Source: Candidatus Nomurabacteria bacterium RIFCSPLOWO2_01_FULL_39_18
GTDB lineage: Bacteria; Patescibacteriota; Minisyncoccia; Phycocordibacterales; UBA9973
Length of the DNA: 64,000 nucleotides
Assembly (NCBI GenBank): GCA_001787005.1
Contig: MFUV01000004.1
Location: 105,770 to 169,769 of the forward strand
Reading direction: 5' to 3'
The position numbers and the translations under genes are program-made. The notes beneath the pieces were generated by a model. It was not told the origin of the DNA. It worked only from the letters and a program-made list of their open reading frames with translations, and made no database searches. This document shows, one piece after another, positions 1-9,998 of the stretch (its first letter is position 1; the number at the start of each line of letters is the position of its first letter).

Positions 1-102
1 ATAAAACGCGGCTGCTTTCTTCGCTTCTTTGTCGAACCAAAAATGTGGAATTATTTTTTGCATATATAAAATACTACCACACTCGCAGACACGAAAAAAC
101 CC

Positions 103-130
103 TTGCAAAAATTACTTTTCGTAGTATAAT
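103..130 (+). promoter_or_regulatory. sigma70-like promoter TTGCAA-N16-TATAAT upstream of pilB
   Basis: TTGCAA at 103-108 and TATAAT at 125-130, about 17 nt before the ATG at 148. Confidence 0.4.
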
Positions 131-147
131 TTTCTTCTAGTGATTTT

Positions 148-1377
148 ATGGATGAATTTAATTCAATTATTGAAAAGGAGCTGGCGACTGGAGTAAATCT
201 TTCTATTATTAATTTAATAGATCACCTGTTACGGCATGCCTGCAATATTCATGCATCCGATATTCATATAGACCCGCAGGATAAAGTGGTTCGTATTCGA
301 TTTCGTATCGACGGCGTGCTTGAAGATGCGCATACACTTCCTAAAGATATTCACGGAGAAATAATTTCAAGAATAAAAGTTCTCTCTGGTCTTCGCACTG
401 ATGAACATAATGCCGCGCAGGATGGGCGCTTTCGTAGTATTATTTCCGATTCGGAAAACTCTAGCAGTGTCGATGTGCGTGTTTCTATTGTGCCTACCTA
501 TCATGGAGAAAACGCTGTCCTTCGTCTTCTCTCGGACAACGCGGAAAATTTTACACTTGAAACACTTGGCTTTACGGGAACAGACCAAAGAAAGATTTTA
601 AATGCCGTTAAGAAACCGTCGGGTATGATTTTAGTTACTGGCCCGACAGGATCCGGGAAAACTACTACTCTTTATACATTGATTAAAATGTTAAATTCCA
701 AAGATATATCTATTGTTACCATCGAAGACCCGATCGAATATGCAGTGGAAGACGTGGAACAGATACAGGTTAATACTCGCACGGGGCTAACATTTGCCAA
801 TGGACTTCGTTCGATATTGCGCCAAGACCCGAATGTTATAATGGTGGGTGAAATTAGAGATGTGGAAACTGCTGGTATCGCAGTCAATACTGCTCTTACC
901 GGGCACTTACTCCTTTCCACGCTCCACACCAATGATGTCTCAACCACCCTTCCTAGACTGCTCGATATGAAGATAGAATCATTTCTCGTAGCCTCGACTG
1001 TATCTGTAGCTATCGGGCAGAGATTGGTACGAAAGATCTGCGAAAAGTGCAAAGAAAGAAAAACTGTAACTGATGAAGAATACAAATGGCTCTCTGAAAC
1101 TCTTTCAGATCAGACCCTGTTGCAGAATAGAAATTATTTTCAGGGTAAAGGATGTGAATCGTGTAACGGCAGTGGCTATCGAGGACGAATCGTTATTGCT
1201 GAAGTACTAGTCGCTGATGAAGAAATTCGAACAGCAATCTTGCGCAAAGCTTCGGCGAGCGAAATTAAGCAGATTGCAATGAAGAACGGGATGACAACGA
1301 TGCTCGTCGACGGTTTCAAAAAAGCAGTTCTAGGGCTTACTACCATAGAAGAGGTTCTTCGTGTTACGCACGAATAA
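148..1377 (+). CDS. pilB: type IV pilus / T2SS assembly ATPase, GspE/PilB family (short N-terminus)
   Basis: Walker A GPTGSGKTT, Asp and His boxes, C-terminal tetracysteine CxxC...CxxC; followed by pilC and pilins. Confidence 0.85.
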   Translation: MDEFNSIIEKELATGVNLSIINLIDHLLRHACNIHASDIHIDPQDKVVRIRFRIDGVLEDAHTLPKDIHGEIISRIKVLSGLRTDEHNAAQDGRFRSIISDSENSSSVDVRVSIVPTYHGENAVLRLLSDNAENFTLETLGFTGTDQRKILNAVKKPSGMILVTGPTGSGKTTTLYTLIKMLNSKDISIVTIEDPIEYAVEDVEQIQVNTRTGLTFANGLRSILRQDPNVIMVGEIRDVETAGIAVNTALTGHLLLSTLHTNDVSTTLPRLLDMKIESFLVASTVSVAIGQRLVRKICEKCKERKTVTDEEYKWLSETLSDQTLLQNRNYFQGKGCESCNGSGYRGRIVIAEVLVADEEIRTAILRKASASEIKQIAMKNGMTTMLVDGFKKAVLGLTTIEEVLRVTHE

Positions 1378-1380
1378 ATT

Positions 1381-2562
1381 ATGGCTAAAAAATATTTAGA
1401 TTTTTTTAAAAAAAAGAGTCCAGTACACCCGATACACAAGGTAGATACCACAAAGGATAAAAAGTCCCCCGCCAAGAAAAACAGATGGCAAGATATTAGC
1501 TTTTTTTCCTACTCAAAATTTTCAGTAAAGAAACAGACATTTTTCGCCAAACGGTTGTCTTTCCTGATCAAAGCCGGAGTGCCGATGCTTGAGAGCATGT
1601 ATGTAATTAAAAAACAAGCAAAATCAAAATCCGAGATAGGTGTTTTTGAAAAAATCATTGCTGATATCGCCAATGGGCAATCTCTGGCCACATCCTTGGG
1701 GCGTTTCAAGGGAGTATTTGGAAATTTTGCCCTAAATATCATAAAGGCCGGCGAATCTAGCGGAACTTTGATGCAAAACTTGAGTTACCTAGCTGATGAA
1801 TTAAAGAAGAAAGAATTGCTCCGTAAAAAAATAATGAGCGCCCTCCTCTACCCTATCATCATCACGATAGCGACTCTTGGCATCACCGGACTTCTGGTAA
1901 TTTATATTTTCCCTAAAATTCTTCCAATCTTTCAAAATTTGGGCGCGGAGCTTCCCCTTTCCACCAGAATTGTCATATTTGTCAGCGATGGAGTGCGCAA
2001 CTATGGTTTTTATATTCTTCTGGGATTGATCGTGTTCGTTATAATTTCTTATTTTTTAAATAAAAAGTTGCCACCGTTCAGATTCTTTCTTCACGGATTG
2101 ATTCTCCGACTTCCATTTACTGGAGCGGTTGCCAAACACTACAACCTTACGAACTCTACCCGAACATTGGGACTTCTACTTAAAAGTGGACTGTCTCTAA
2201 CGGAGTCGCTCCATGTTACAGCCGATACTACGGAGAATGTGCAGTACAAAAAAGCTTTTGAAAATATTTCTCGTGGAGTAATGAAAGGCAAGAGTATGTC
2301 TGACATCATGGGTCAGTCCCCCCACCTTTTCCCCGACATGTTGGAGCACATGCTCTCAATTGGAGAAAAAAGCGGCAACTTGTCAACTACGCTTATTTAC
2401 CTATCTGAATATTACGAGAACGAATTTGATGAACTGACAAAAAACCTTTCTACTTCTATCGAGCCAGTACTGATGATTGTAATGGGAATTTTGGTAGGGT
2501 TCATCGCAATCTCTGTCATCACTCCGATATATGGCATTACCCAACACCTCAATCCAAAATAA
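1381..2562 (+). CDS. pilC: type IV pilus platform protein PilC/GspF
   Basis: 393 aa polytopic membrane protein with two T2SSF-like repeats, immediately after pilB. Confidence 0.85.
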   Translation: MAKKYLDFFKKKSPVHPIHKVDTTKDKKSPAKKNRWQDISFFSYSKFSVKKQTFFAKRLSFLIKAGVPMLESMYVIKKQAKSKSEIGVFEKIIADIANGQSLATSLGRFKGVFGNFALNIIKAGESSGTLMQNLSYLADELKKKELLRKKIMSALLYPIIITIATLGITGLLVIYIFPKILPIFQNLGAELPLSTRIVIFVSDGVRNYGFYILLGLIVFVIISYFLNKKLPPFRFFLHGLILRLPFTGAVAKHYNLTNSTRTLGLLLKSGLSLTESLHVTADTTENVQYKKAFENISRGVMKGKSMSDIMGQSPHLFPDMLEHMLSIGEKSGNLSTTLIYLSEYYENEFDELTKNLSTSIEPVLMIVMGILVGFIAISVITPIYGITQHLNPK

Positions 2563-2567
2563 ATTTT

Positions 2568-3032
2568 ATGGCGACTTTGTATAAAACAAAACAAGGACTC
2601 ACTCTGATCGAAATACTAGTAGTGGTGGCAATAATCGGGATCATCATTAGTTTTGGGATGTCCATTGATTTGAATGCTTTTAGGCGCGACACTTTCCAAG
2701 CCGAAGAGTCTACTATCGTTGCTCTTTTAGGAAAGGCTCGTAGTCGAGCGATGAGCAATATGTTTGACACAGCTCATGGAGTGTGTTACATTGCACCTAA
2801 CTACATTGTTTTCCGTGGTACTTGTGTTGCTGGAATACCAACCAATGAACTCACTCCAGCCAATGCGGCCATTGCTACAGCTTCCGACTTCTCCAATCCC
2901 GCAAAATTTCCTTCCGTTGTTTTTAATAGACTTGCGGGAACAGTAACTGGTAGTACTATTGATATAACAGTAACTGATGGGCTCAAAACAGAACATATAA
3001 TAATAAACAATGAAGGCACAATCAACTGGTAA
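2568..3032 (+). CDS. prepilin-type (class III signal) pilin/pseudopilin
   Basis: N-terminus KQGLTLIEILVVVAIIGII matches the G|FTLIE prepilin cleavage/methylation motif. Confidence 0.7.
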   Translation: MATLYKTKQGLTLIEILVVVAIIGIIISFGMSIDLNAFRRDTFQAEESTIVALLGKARSRAMSNMFDTAHGVCYIAPNYIVFRGTCVAGIPTNELTPANAAIATASDFSNPAKFPSVVFNRLAGTVTGSTIDITVTDGLKTEHIIINNEGTINW

Positions 3033-4458
3033 CAAATACATAAAAGGTATGGCAACCCTGGAGCTACTCATAGCTTTCGTGATACTTATACTATGCACCA
3101 GCGCCGTCATTATGGTTGCCTTCGGCAATCAGTCTTTCGCGGTTGATTCAGAAACGAACAATGAAGCTATCCAAAAAGCGCAGAAAGCACTGGAAGATAC
3201 AAGAGCTCTCTCTAGGCAGGATTTTGATTTAGTAGTTTCTGACCCAAATCCCATCCAAGATGGTATCTATACTAAACAAATTATAGTTGATCCATTTGCA
3301 GCCACGGAATGCAGTAGGCAGATCGAGTCTAAAATCACATGGGATACTGATATGAATCAGCCTCAAAGTATCAACCTATTCAGTCGTGTTGGAGATATTC
3401 CGGAGGCATTAGACTTGGGGGGAGACTGCTCGGCATCGCCACCCGGACCAGGATTCACTGTAGGTGGAGGACTGAATATGGGAGGTGCTAAAACAAATGG
3501 TTTAGATGTGTTAAATAAAAAAGTTTTCATCGCTCTTCAAGATCCTCCCGGGTTAGCATATGTAGACGCCACAAACTATGCGGCTCCCGTTCAAATAATG
3601 AATAGTTACGATGTTGGTTCTGAAGTAAATGATGTAGATATTGCCCGTGATCTAGATACCGGAGAAATCTATGCATATGTTGCTAGAGAAACAAATACCA
3701 ATCAGCTTCAAATTATTGATGTGACAGATATTAATAACCCGATTTTTGTTAGAAATGTAGATTTACCAGAAGTTGGAGGTAGTTCCGAACCGGAAGGATA
3801 CCGAGTTTATTATTATAAAAATAGACTCTATATGACCACCAAAGAAACTGCAGGTCCAGAACTCCATATATTCGATGCTTCGGACCCAGTAACTTCTTTC
3901 CCAAAGTTTGGAATAAAAGAATTAAACAGAACAGTGAATGATCTTGTGGTAGTTGATCAAAATATTGGTGGCACGAATTATTCTGTCGCTTACATGGTGG
4001 CCGATTCAGATCTAAAAGAGATTGGAGTATTTGATGTTACTACTGCAGGAACTGCAAACGAAATGTTTTCACTGAATATGACAGGTGGTGCCGATGCTTA
4101 TTCTTTATTTTTCTCTTCTACATCCAAACTTTTGTATGTAGGACGACAGGCGAACGCTGGTCAAGAATTTTTTGCATATGATGCATCTAACTCCTTTTCC
4201 ACACTTATTGAAAGAGCAAAGAGAGAAGTTGGTGAACATCCTATCGGTCTTCGTATTGCTGGTGCCTATGCATACATGGTTACAAATGATAGTAATGAAG
4301 ATTTTCAAACTTACAATGCTGATCCAGCGACTGGTCTTTCACATATTCGTACTTATAATGCTTCAAATAAAGGCACAGGCATAGATTACGAAGATCAGTT
4401 TATTTATGAAACTATGGAACAAGGAAGCGAAACTCTTCAAATCTACTATGCTCCCTAG
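3010..4458 (+). CDS. large pilin-like protein with LVIVD-repeat (beta-propeller-like) C-terminal domain; putative pilus tip adhesin
   Basis: Leader MKAQSTGNKYIKG|MATLELLIAFVIL is prepilin-like; repeated YAYVA..LQIIDVTD / YSVAYMVADSDLKEIGVFDVT / AYAYMVTND motifs typical of LVIVD repeats. Confidence 0.6.
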   Translation: MKAQSTGNKYIKGMATLELLIAFVILILCTSAVIMVAFGNQSFAVDSETNNEAIQKAQKALEDTRALSRQDFDLVVSDPNPIQDGIYTKQIIVDPFAATECSRQIESKITWDTDMNQPQSINLFSRVGDIPEALDLGGDCSASPPGPGFTVGGGLNMGGAKTNGLDVLNKKVFIALQDPPGLAYVDATNYAAPVQIMNSYDVGSEVNDVDIARDLDTGEIYAYVARETNTNQLQIIDVTDINNPIFVRNVDLPEVGGSSEPEGYRVYYYKNRLYMTTKETAGPELHIFDASDPVTSFPKFGIKELNRTVNDLVVVDQNIGGTNYSVAYMVADSDLKEIGVFDVTTAGTANEMFSLNMTGGADAYSLFFSSTSKLLYVGRQANAGQEFFAYDASNSFSTLIERAKREVGEHPIGLRIAGAYAYMVTNDSNEDFQTYNADPATGLSHIRTYNASNKGTGIDYEDQFIYETMEQGSETLQIYYAP

Positions 4459-4930
4459 GTCATTAAATAAAGGTTTCACTCTTATAGAGGTCTTAATTTA
4501 CATAGTCCTTTTTTCCATTCTCATGGGAGGTGGTTTTATAACTGCATATCAAATGATTGATGGTTCCAGGAAATTGAGCGCGAAAGATACTTTACAAGAA
4601 GAGGGTAATTTTATTATGCGAAAAATCAGCTGGGCACTGACAAGTGTTGATCCTACGGTTGCCACAATACCCTCAGCAGGAACTTCCCCCAACCTTAGAG
4701 TGACGAAATACGACGGAAATCAAATTGACGTTCAACTTAATGGAACAAAAATAGAAATGAAGCAAAGTATTAATGGCAGCACTTTTCGCCCGATAACGAC
4801 TGACAATGTTTCTGTCAGTAGTCTGCAATTTACATATATAACACCAGTGGGATTAGAGCCCGCGGGTATTACGGCAGCAGCAGTTATAAATGGAATAAAC
4901 TTTACCATTACAAAATACATGAGAAAATAA
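4448..4930 (+). CDS. minor pilin-like protein (prepilin N-terminus)
   Basis: MLPRSLNKG|FTLIEVLIYIVLFSIL; ORF track starts at 4406 but the internal Met gives a canonical short leader. Confidence 0.6.
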   Translation: MLPRSLNKGFTLIEVLIYIVLFSILMGGGFITAYQMIDGSRKLSAKDTLQEEGNFIMRKISWALTSVDPTVATIPSAGTSPNLRVTKYDGNQIDVQLNGTKIEMKQSINGSTFRPITTDNVSVSSLQFTYITPVGLEPAGITAAAVINGINFTITKYMRK

Positions 4931-4931
4931 T

Positions 4932-5348
4932 GTGAAAATGATTATTCTAAATAAAAGAAGAAATAAAGGATTCATCGCTCTCATATCTGCCATTGTCATT
5001 TCGGTGATTTTGTTACTCATTGCAGCCAACTTAAGCTTGACTTCATTTTATGGCCGCTCGAATATTTTAGATTCAGAACTTAAAGAAAGAAGTTCTGCCT
5101 TGGCTGAAGCTTGCGCAGATACAGCAATTTTAAAATTAGCAAACAATAAAGATTATGTATTAGTTGCCGCTGATCACAGCATCTCCGTGGGAACGGGACA
5201 ATGTGATATTGTTTCTTATTCTTTTCCCCGAACTGGAAACATAACCATCATAACAAAAGCTAATTATAATAATACTTATTTTACTACTCTACAGATTGTA
5301 GTTAATTCAGCAGCGAACATGGCTGTTGTTTCTTGGGAAGAAATATAA
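4932..5348 (+). CDS. minor pilin-like protein
   Basis: RRNKG|FIALISAIVISVILLLIA hydrophobic pilin-like N-terminus (no Glu5). Confidence 0.5.
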   Translation: MKMIILNKRRNKGFIALISAIVISVILLLIAANLSLTSFYGRSNILDSELKERSSALAEACADTAILKLANNKDYVLVAADHSISVGTGQCDIVSYSFPRTGNITIITKANYNNTYFTTLQIVVNSAANMAVVSWEEI

Positions 5349-5457
5349 ACATCATATCAACAGTCCCCCCTTTACAAACTGGCTACTATGTAGTAGTCTA
5401 CGGGACATATTATTAATATAAATAAGTCGAATATTATAAGTAAGTTATTATAAATTT

Positions 5458-5916
5458 ATGAAAAAAATCGTTAAAAATAAGGGTTTTACGTTGATTGAGA
5501 TTTTGGTCGTTATCGCTATCATTGCCATTTTGGCAGCTATAGTGCTTGTTGCTATCAATCCTGCTAAGAGATTCCAGGATGCTAGAAACACACAACGAAG
5601 AGCAAATGTGGAATCTATCTTGAGCGCAGTTCAACAGAATATGGTTGACAATAAAGGAATCTTTACATGCGCTGGCCCAGGAGCAATTCCTGCTGTCGCA
5701 ACTGTCATGGAGGACACAGGGGGCTATGATATAGCAGAATGTATTAGTGCTTACCTTTTAGTTCTTCCGGTTGATCCACAAAATGGTTCATGGACCGACG
5801 ATGACAATTATGATACAGACTACACTATTAAACAGGATGCTACTACTAAACAAGTAACTATCAATGCTCCGTCTGCTCCCGGAGACGGTGGAGGAACAAT
5901 TTCTGTCACTCGCTAA
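5458..5916 (+). CDS. pilA: type IV major pilin (PilA-like)
   Basis: MKKIVKNKG|FTLIEILVVIAIIAILAAIVL canonical class III signal; followed by a strong terminator. Confidence 0.8.
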   Translation: MKKIVKNKGFTLIEILVVIAIIAILAAIVLVAINPAKRFQDARNTQRRANVESILSAVQQNMVDNKGIFTCAGPGAIPAVATVMEDTGGYDIAECISAYLLVLPVDPQNGSWTDDDNYDTDYTIKQDATTKQVTINAPSAPGDGGGTISVTR

Positions 5917-5935
5917 ATAAATCCGATCTAGTTGC

Positions 5936-5972
5936 AAAAATCCCTCACATGCACGCATGTGAGGGATTTTTG
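5936..5972 (+). terminator. rho-independent terminator after the pilin gene
   Basis: CCCTCACATG-CACG-CATGTGAGGG stem followed by ATTTTT. Confidence 0.8.
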
Positions 5973-6043
5973 AATTTAATTATTTCACCTTTTTATTTTT
6001 CTCTCTCCTCTTCCCCTCCTCAACCCACTTTCCCCCTTTTCCC

Positions 6044-6065
6044 CATCTACGCCATGGCGTAGATG
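6044..6065. repeat. palindrome A copy 1 (CATCTACGCCATGGCGTAGATG)
   Basis: Perfect self-complementary 20-22-mer; identical copies at 9979-9998 and 10393-10412. Confidence 0.9.
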
Positions 6066-6091
6066 TAGTTAGTATGACAAATAATTATTCT

Positions 6092-6130
6092 TTTAGAGAG
6101 TTTAGAGAGAGTCTAAGGCTCTATCTACGT
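6092..6130. repeat. partial copy of the GAGTCTAAAGCTCTATCTGCG hairpin family
   Basis: gagagtctaaggctctatctacg has 2 mismatches versus the arm of the 31263 and 35747 hairpins. Confidence 0.5.
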
Positions 6131-6172
6131 CTTTATCCCTCTTGTCCTTTTATTTTATTACTTTATTTTTCC

Positions 6173-6559
6173 CTAATTCTTACCAACTTTTCTGTTTTTA
6201 AACAATTGCACGATAAAATAAATTATAGAAATAAAAGAATATAGTCCAGCGAAAAACAATGTTAGATCTTTACCATCAAAGCTTACTATGGCTCCACTCC
6301 CACCTCCTGTTTCATATGCAAGCAGAATAGATATGAGAACATATACAAGGGTGATAAGTGAATATATTTTATACTTCTTGGTGTCAAGCACAAAAGCAAA
6401 AAGACTCACAATAAACAATACTACACCCCAGTAAAATAAATATCCAATAAATTGAGCTGTATTATAATCGAATGGACCTTTTGTATATGACGAATACCCC
6501 AAAAATATTCCCACTGATAATAAAAGTAACGAAAAACTTATTATTTTTTTCATATTCAT
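6173..6559 (-). CDS. small membrane protein (3-4 TM), hypothetical
   Basis: Hydrophobic segments; co-oriented immediately downstream of the large secreted protein. Confidence 0.45.
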   Translation of the reverse strand: MNMKKIISFSLLLLSVGIFLGYSSYTKGPFDYNTAQFIGYLFYWGVVLFIVSLFAFVLDTKKYKIYSLITLVYVLISILLAYETGGGSGAIVSFDGKDLTLFFAGLYSFISIIYFIVQLFKNRKVGKN

Positions 6560-6599
6560 ATTAACCTATTATCTAATAACCCTCTTGAAATAACAACCT

Positions 6600-9500
6600 C
6601 TATTTCAACCCTATTGTTACAGAATAAACATTTCCATCATCAAGTTTGGTAGAAATGGTATACCAATATCCGGCTGGTAATTTTTTCGTACTCCAGTTAT
6701 AGATATACTGCTGACTTTCAGGATCCCATTTGTATGTGTTGCCAGTTGTCGCAGTGTCATTATAAACAGATTCAGTGGCGGAAACATTCATTTTCGCACC
6801 CATTTGCGCACCGAGCCATATAGGCGCCGAATCTGCTTGCATAATTGTGCCATCATATTTTCTAAGTTGAAATTTAACAGGGACTGTACTGCCAGCTTTG
6901 AATATGCTTTTCTCTTGATCAATTTGATGTGCTGTATCGTTTATTGGTTGGAGAAAACCAGAGAAAACATATGGCATAGTAACGGTTCTACCTTCAGGGG
7001 CAATAATATCTGTCTCTGGGACCCCATCTCCATTTTGATCAAGTTGTAATAATAAAGCTCCCGCAGAATTCAGTGTAACTTCTGCGATTGTCTCCGGGGT
7101 CACTGGAATATCTTTAAAGATTGTTGTCGTCGTTGTTCCATTGGTTAGAACCTTTTCTGATTCATATGTGAATATACCGGTATCTATACCTTTTATTTCT
7201 ATACTCCCCATTTCGTCTTCGGGGAGGTTTAAGTACTTACCCTCACCGAATTCCATATATGATGAATTCGTAATATTTTCTTCTACATAACAAAAGTCAA
7301 AATCTGGCGGGCAAATTTTACCAGTGTGATTAGGTACTGTAGCATAATCATAAGCATCGAGAGTAACCGGTGAGTGAATTGAAATACGAAAACGATTTTC
7401 TGTGTCTATTGGTTCGTTGTCTTTTACCACATTGTCTAATGCAACATCTCCAGCTTCAATTATTGATTTAATAAAATTATTCAGTGAATCGACTTCTAAA
7501 ATATCTTTATGTTCTCTGTTGAGTCTCAATATAGTATTATAATTTTTAAAATCTACCCAATATTTTTCCGCATTTCCAAGAAAATTCATATATTGCGCAC
7601 TAGGCACAACTACAGTTCCATCCCCATCCGAGGTAAAACGAGGTCTTTCGTCTAATGCATACGGAGGACATGTTACAGCTCCGGGTGGGCAAGACACTGA
7701 TTTTGGGTAGTACTCCATACTTGCGACAGTTTCGAGTCCCCAGCCAGCCACTTCAATCACTCGCATGTCTTCAGGCGGAGTCCATGCGTCTATATTGTCG
7801 TGCAAACTTTCTGCTTGAGAAAATAAATCTTGTGAGAGATTGATAGGCAAATTTGTTTCACCAATCAATGGATTGGTTCGACCTTCATTTCCAAAAAGAA
7901 AATCTTTGTACTCGTCATAGGAATCAATTACGCCACCAAAAGCTTGAACCATTTGTGTTGTAATTCCCGAAGGAATTGCATTATCCACGAATGTCGCAGG
8001 TGAAGCATCGACATGATTTATATATTCTTTACTTGGTAAAAGTCCATAAGCCCCGAGCATATTTCGTCCAAGTTCACGAGCGTGAATTTCGTCCATTAGC
8101 CAGCCACTCAAAATTCTCTGGTCATATCCATGGAGTATTGCTGGTACTGCCTTTGCTGTGCCAATTTCTGGCACGGCAACTAAAATTAATACATCTATAT
8201 TATCAATTAGATTATTTATTCCCGCAACCTTGTCGTCTTGTAATTTTTTCAAAAGCGTTTTAGCTAAAAGTCCACCGTTGCTGTGAGCAACAATGGTAAC
8301 TTTGCCGTTTTTTGATTCCGAGTCGACCAATGATTGTAGAGTATCGATTAACGAGACTGTTTCATTTTGATATTTTGTTCCATTGCTCACAATGTCTTCA
8401 ATGTCTTGTCGCCAGTCATAGGCATATTCTTTCCATTTTTTTATTTTTTGATCAGTAACCAATTGATCCATAGTTTCAGAAAAACTTTTATAGATATTTT
8501 GTCCCAAAGCCCCTGCTGGAAATGGCGTGTTTGTCTCTTTTATGATATCTCTTGTATAAATATCTAGATTCATGCTTGTTCCATCAGGATTCAAATACAA
8601 ATCTTCCACATCGCTGTTTGTATTTGGTTCCCATAACTGGTCTTCATCTCCATTATCTTGCTCGTACAATCTAGAACCCATTATTCCCGGCAAAAAGAGA
8701 ACATTGGAGAAACAGGTGGTGCAAGTCGGAACTTTCCAGCCATCTGGTATTTTCCAAGGGAAATTGTCGGTTACATTGCCAAAGCTAATCGCAGTATCAC
8801 AAATAAAATCATTATTTATATCATTACATCCCTCCTCTGGAGTATCGTGGTTGCGATAATAGTTACCACCTATTGGCATTGGTTGATAAATGAGATTTGC
8901 AGAATTACTAAAGGAAGAAATATTCGGAATGGACATGAAATTATTATTGTAAACTTTATTATTGTTTACATTTGAACTCATTGCGACACCTATATTAGTT
9001 ACAGAAATTGTGTTGTTGCGCACCGTTGTTCTTTGTGTATTCTGAGTTAAAAGTATTCCTGTGCTAATAATGTTTACACCAGGAATATATCCAGCTGTAT
9101 TGGTTACCACATTGCCATCAATGAGATTATCAAAATCATTAAAGGAAAGAAAAAATCCTAAACCGAAGCCACGTGTTTCGTTGTTTAAGAATCGGCTATT
9201 TGTTGTTTGAAACACACCAATCCCACTATCAAAACCTTCAATAATTAAATTTTTTACTGTAATGTTTTTTCTAAAAGCAATATTAATTCCACTTCCAACC
9301 CCAAATCCATTATTCCATTTCACTATTTTTCCATTACCGTCGAGCGTAATATTGTCATTCACAATTTGTATTACTTCGAACACATCCTGTGTCATGGTGC
9401 AAGTAAGGGTGACTTGGTTCCATATGCCAAATGTAGAGCAATCTCCGCCCGTAGTATCATTACGAATGGTTTTTGTACTAGGTTGAGTTTTAATGAAAAT

Positions 9501-9902
9501 TAAATGAGGTTCGTAGCCATTTAAAGTAAAAGTTGTATTTGGGGATTCATTTGCAGAACGTTGCACCACATTTTCCAATGAATCAATATAAAAATAAAGG
9601 TCTTGGTTTGGAAGATTTTCCAATAAAATAGTTATTTCTTCTTTGCCTGCTATTGGAATAAATACCACAGATGATCCTAGCGATATTTCTTTTATAATTT
9701 CAGTTTCGGGGCTAGAAGAAATAGTGATATCTAAAAAGTCTTGTATAAATGGAAGATTGGCTGTTTCCGTTGTCGAGGCAGACTCATTTAGGAGAATAGT
9801 ATCTTCAGCATTTACTGTATGCCCACCCCAAAAAGACACCAAAATGAGGACCACCACCCCAAATTTCAATGCATTTTTCAGTACAGTCATAAATATCTCC
9901 AT
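6600..9902 (-). CDS. large secreted multidomain protein: signal peptide + right-handed beta-helix repeats + LCAT-like lipase domain + C-terminal domains
   Basis: Signal peptide MTVLKNALKFGVVVLILVSFWGGHTVNA; NITLDGNGKIV / NITVKNLIIEG type beta-helix repeats; FLPGIMGSRLY and VTIVAHSNGGLL (GxSxG-type) motifs as in the LCAT family. ORF-track start 9980 overlaps a palindrome and was rejected in favour of MEIFM/MTVLK. Confidence 0.65.
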   Translation of the reverse strand: MEIFMTVLKNALKFGVVVLILVSFWGGHTVNAEDTILLNESASTTETANLPFIQDFLDITISSSPETEIIKEISLGSSVVFIPIAGKEEITILLENLPNQDLYFYIDSLENVVQRSANESPNTTFTLNGYEPHLIFIKTQPSTKTIRNDTTGGDCSTFGIWNQVTLTCTMTQDVFEVIQIVNDNITLDGNGKIVKWNNGFGVGSGINIAFRKNITVKNLIIEGFDSGIGVFQTTNSRFLNNETRGFGLGFFLSFNDFDNLIDGNVVTNTAGYIPGVNIISTGILLTQNTQRTTVRNNTISVTNIGVAMSSNVNNNKVYNNNFMSIPNISSFSNSANLIYQPMPIGGNYYRNHDTPEEGCNDINNDFICDTAISFGNVTDNFPWKIPDGWKVPTCTTCFSNVLFLPGIMGSRLYEQDNGDEDQLWEPNTNSDVEDLYLNPDGTSMNLDIYTRDIIKETNTPFPAGALGQNIYKSFSETMDQLVTDQKIKKWKEYAYDWRQDIEDIVSNGTKYQNETVSLIDTLQSLVDSESKNGKVTIVAHSNGGLLAKTLLKKLQDDKVAGINNLIDNIDVLILVAVPEIGTAKAVPAILHGYDQRILSGWLMDEIHARELGRNMLGAYGLLPSKEYINHVDASPATFVDNAIPSGITTQMVQAFGGVIDSYDEYKDFLFGNEGRTNPLIGETNLPINLSQDLFSQAESLHDNIDAWTPPEDMRVIEVAGWGLETVASMEYYPKSVSCPPGAVTCPPYALDERPRFTSDGDGTVVVPSAQYMNFLGNAEKYWVDFKNYNTILRLNREHKDILEVDSLNNFIKSIIEAGDVALDNVVKDNEPIDTENRFRISIHSPVTLDAYDYATVPNHTGKICPPDFDFCYVEENITNSSYMEFGEGKYLNLPEDEMGSIEIKGIDTGIFTYESEKVLTNGTTTTTIFKDIPVTPETIAEVTLNSAGALLLQLDQNGDGVPETDIIAPEGRTVTMPYVFSGFLQPINDTAHQIDQEKSIFKAGSTVPVKFQLRKYDGTIMQADSAPIWLGAQMGAKMNVSATESVYNDTATTGNTYKWDPESQQYIYNWSTKKLPAGYWYTISTKLDDGNVYSVTIGLK

Positions 9903-9978
9903 ATTAGCAGTATTTCCTAAAACGGCAACTGGGGGCCAGTCTGTAGTAGAGTTAGGGTTAATAAAATCTATAATTACC

Positions 9979-9998
9979 ATCTACGCCATGGCGTAGAT
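9979..9998. repeat. palindrome A copy 2 (ATCTACGCCATGGCGTAGAT)
   Basis: Perfect palindrome exactly between the stop of the 9998-10366 gene and the promoter region of the lipase gene. Confidence 0.9.

Noticed and set aside
9903-9980. N-terminal extension MVIIDFINPNSTTDWPPVAVLGNTAN of the large ORF 6600-9980
   Set aside because: It overlaps the palindrome and precedes a clear signal peptide starting at MEIFM/MTVLK, so the real start is probably at 9902 or 9890.
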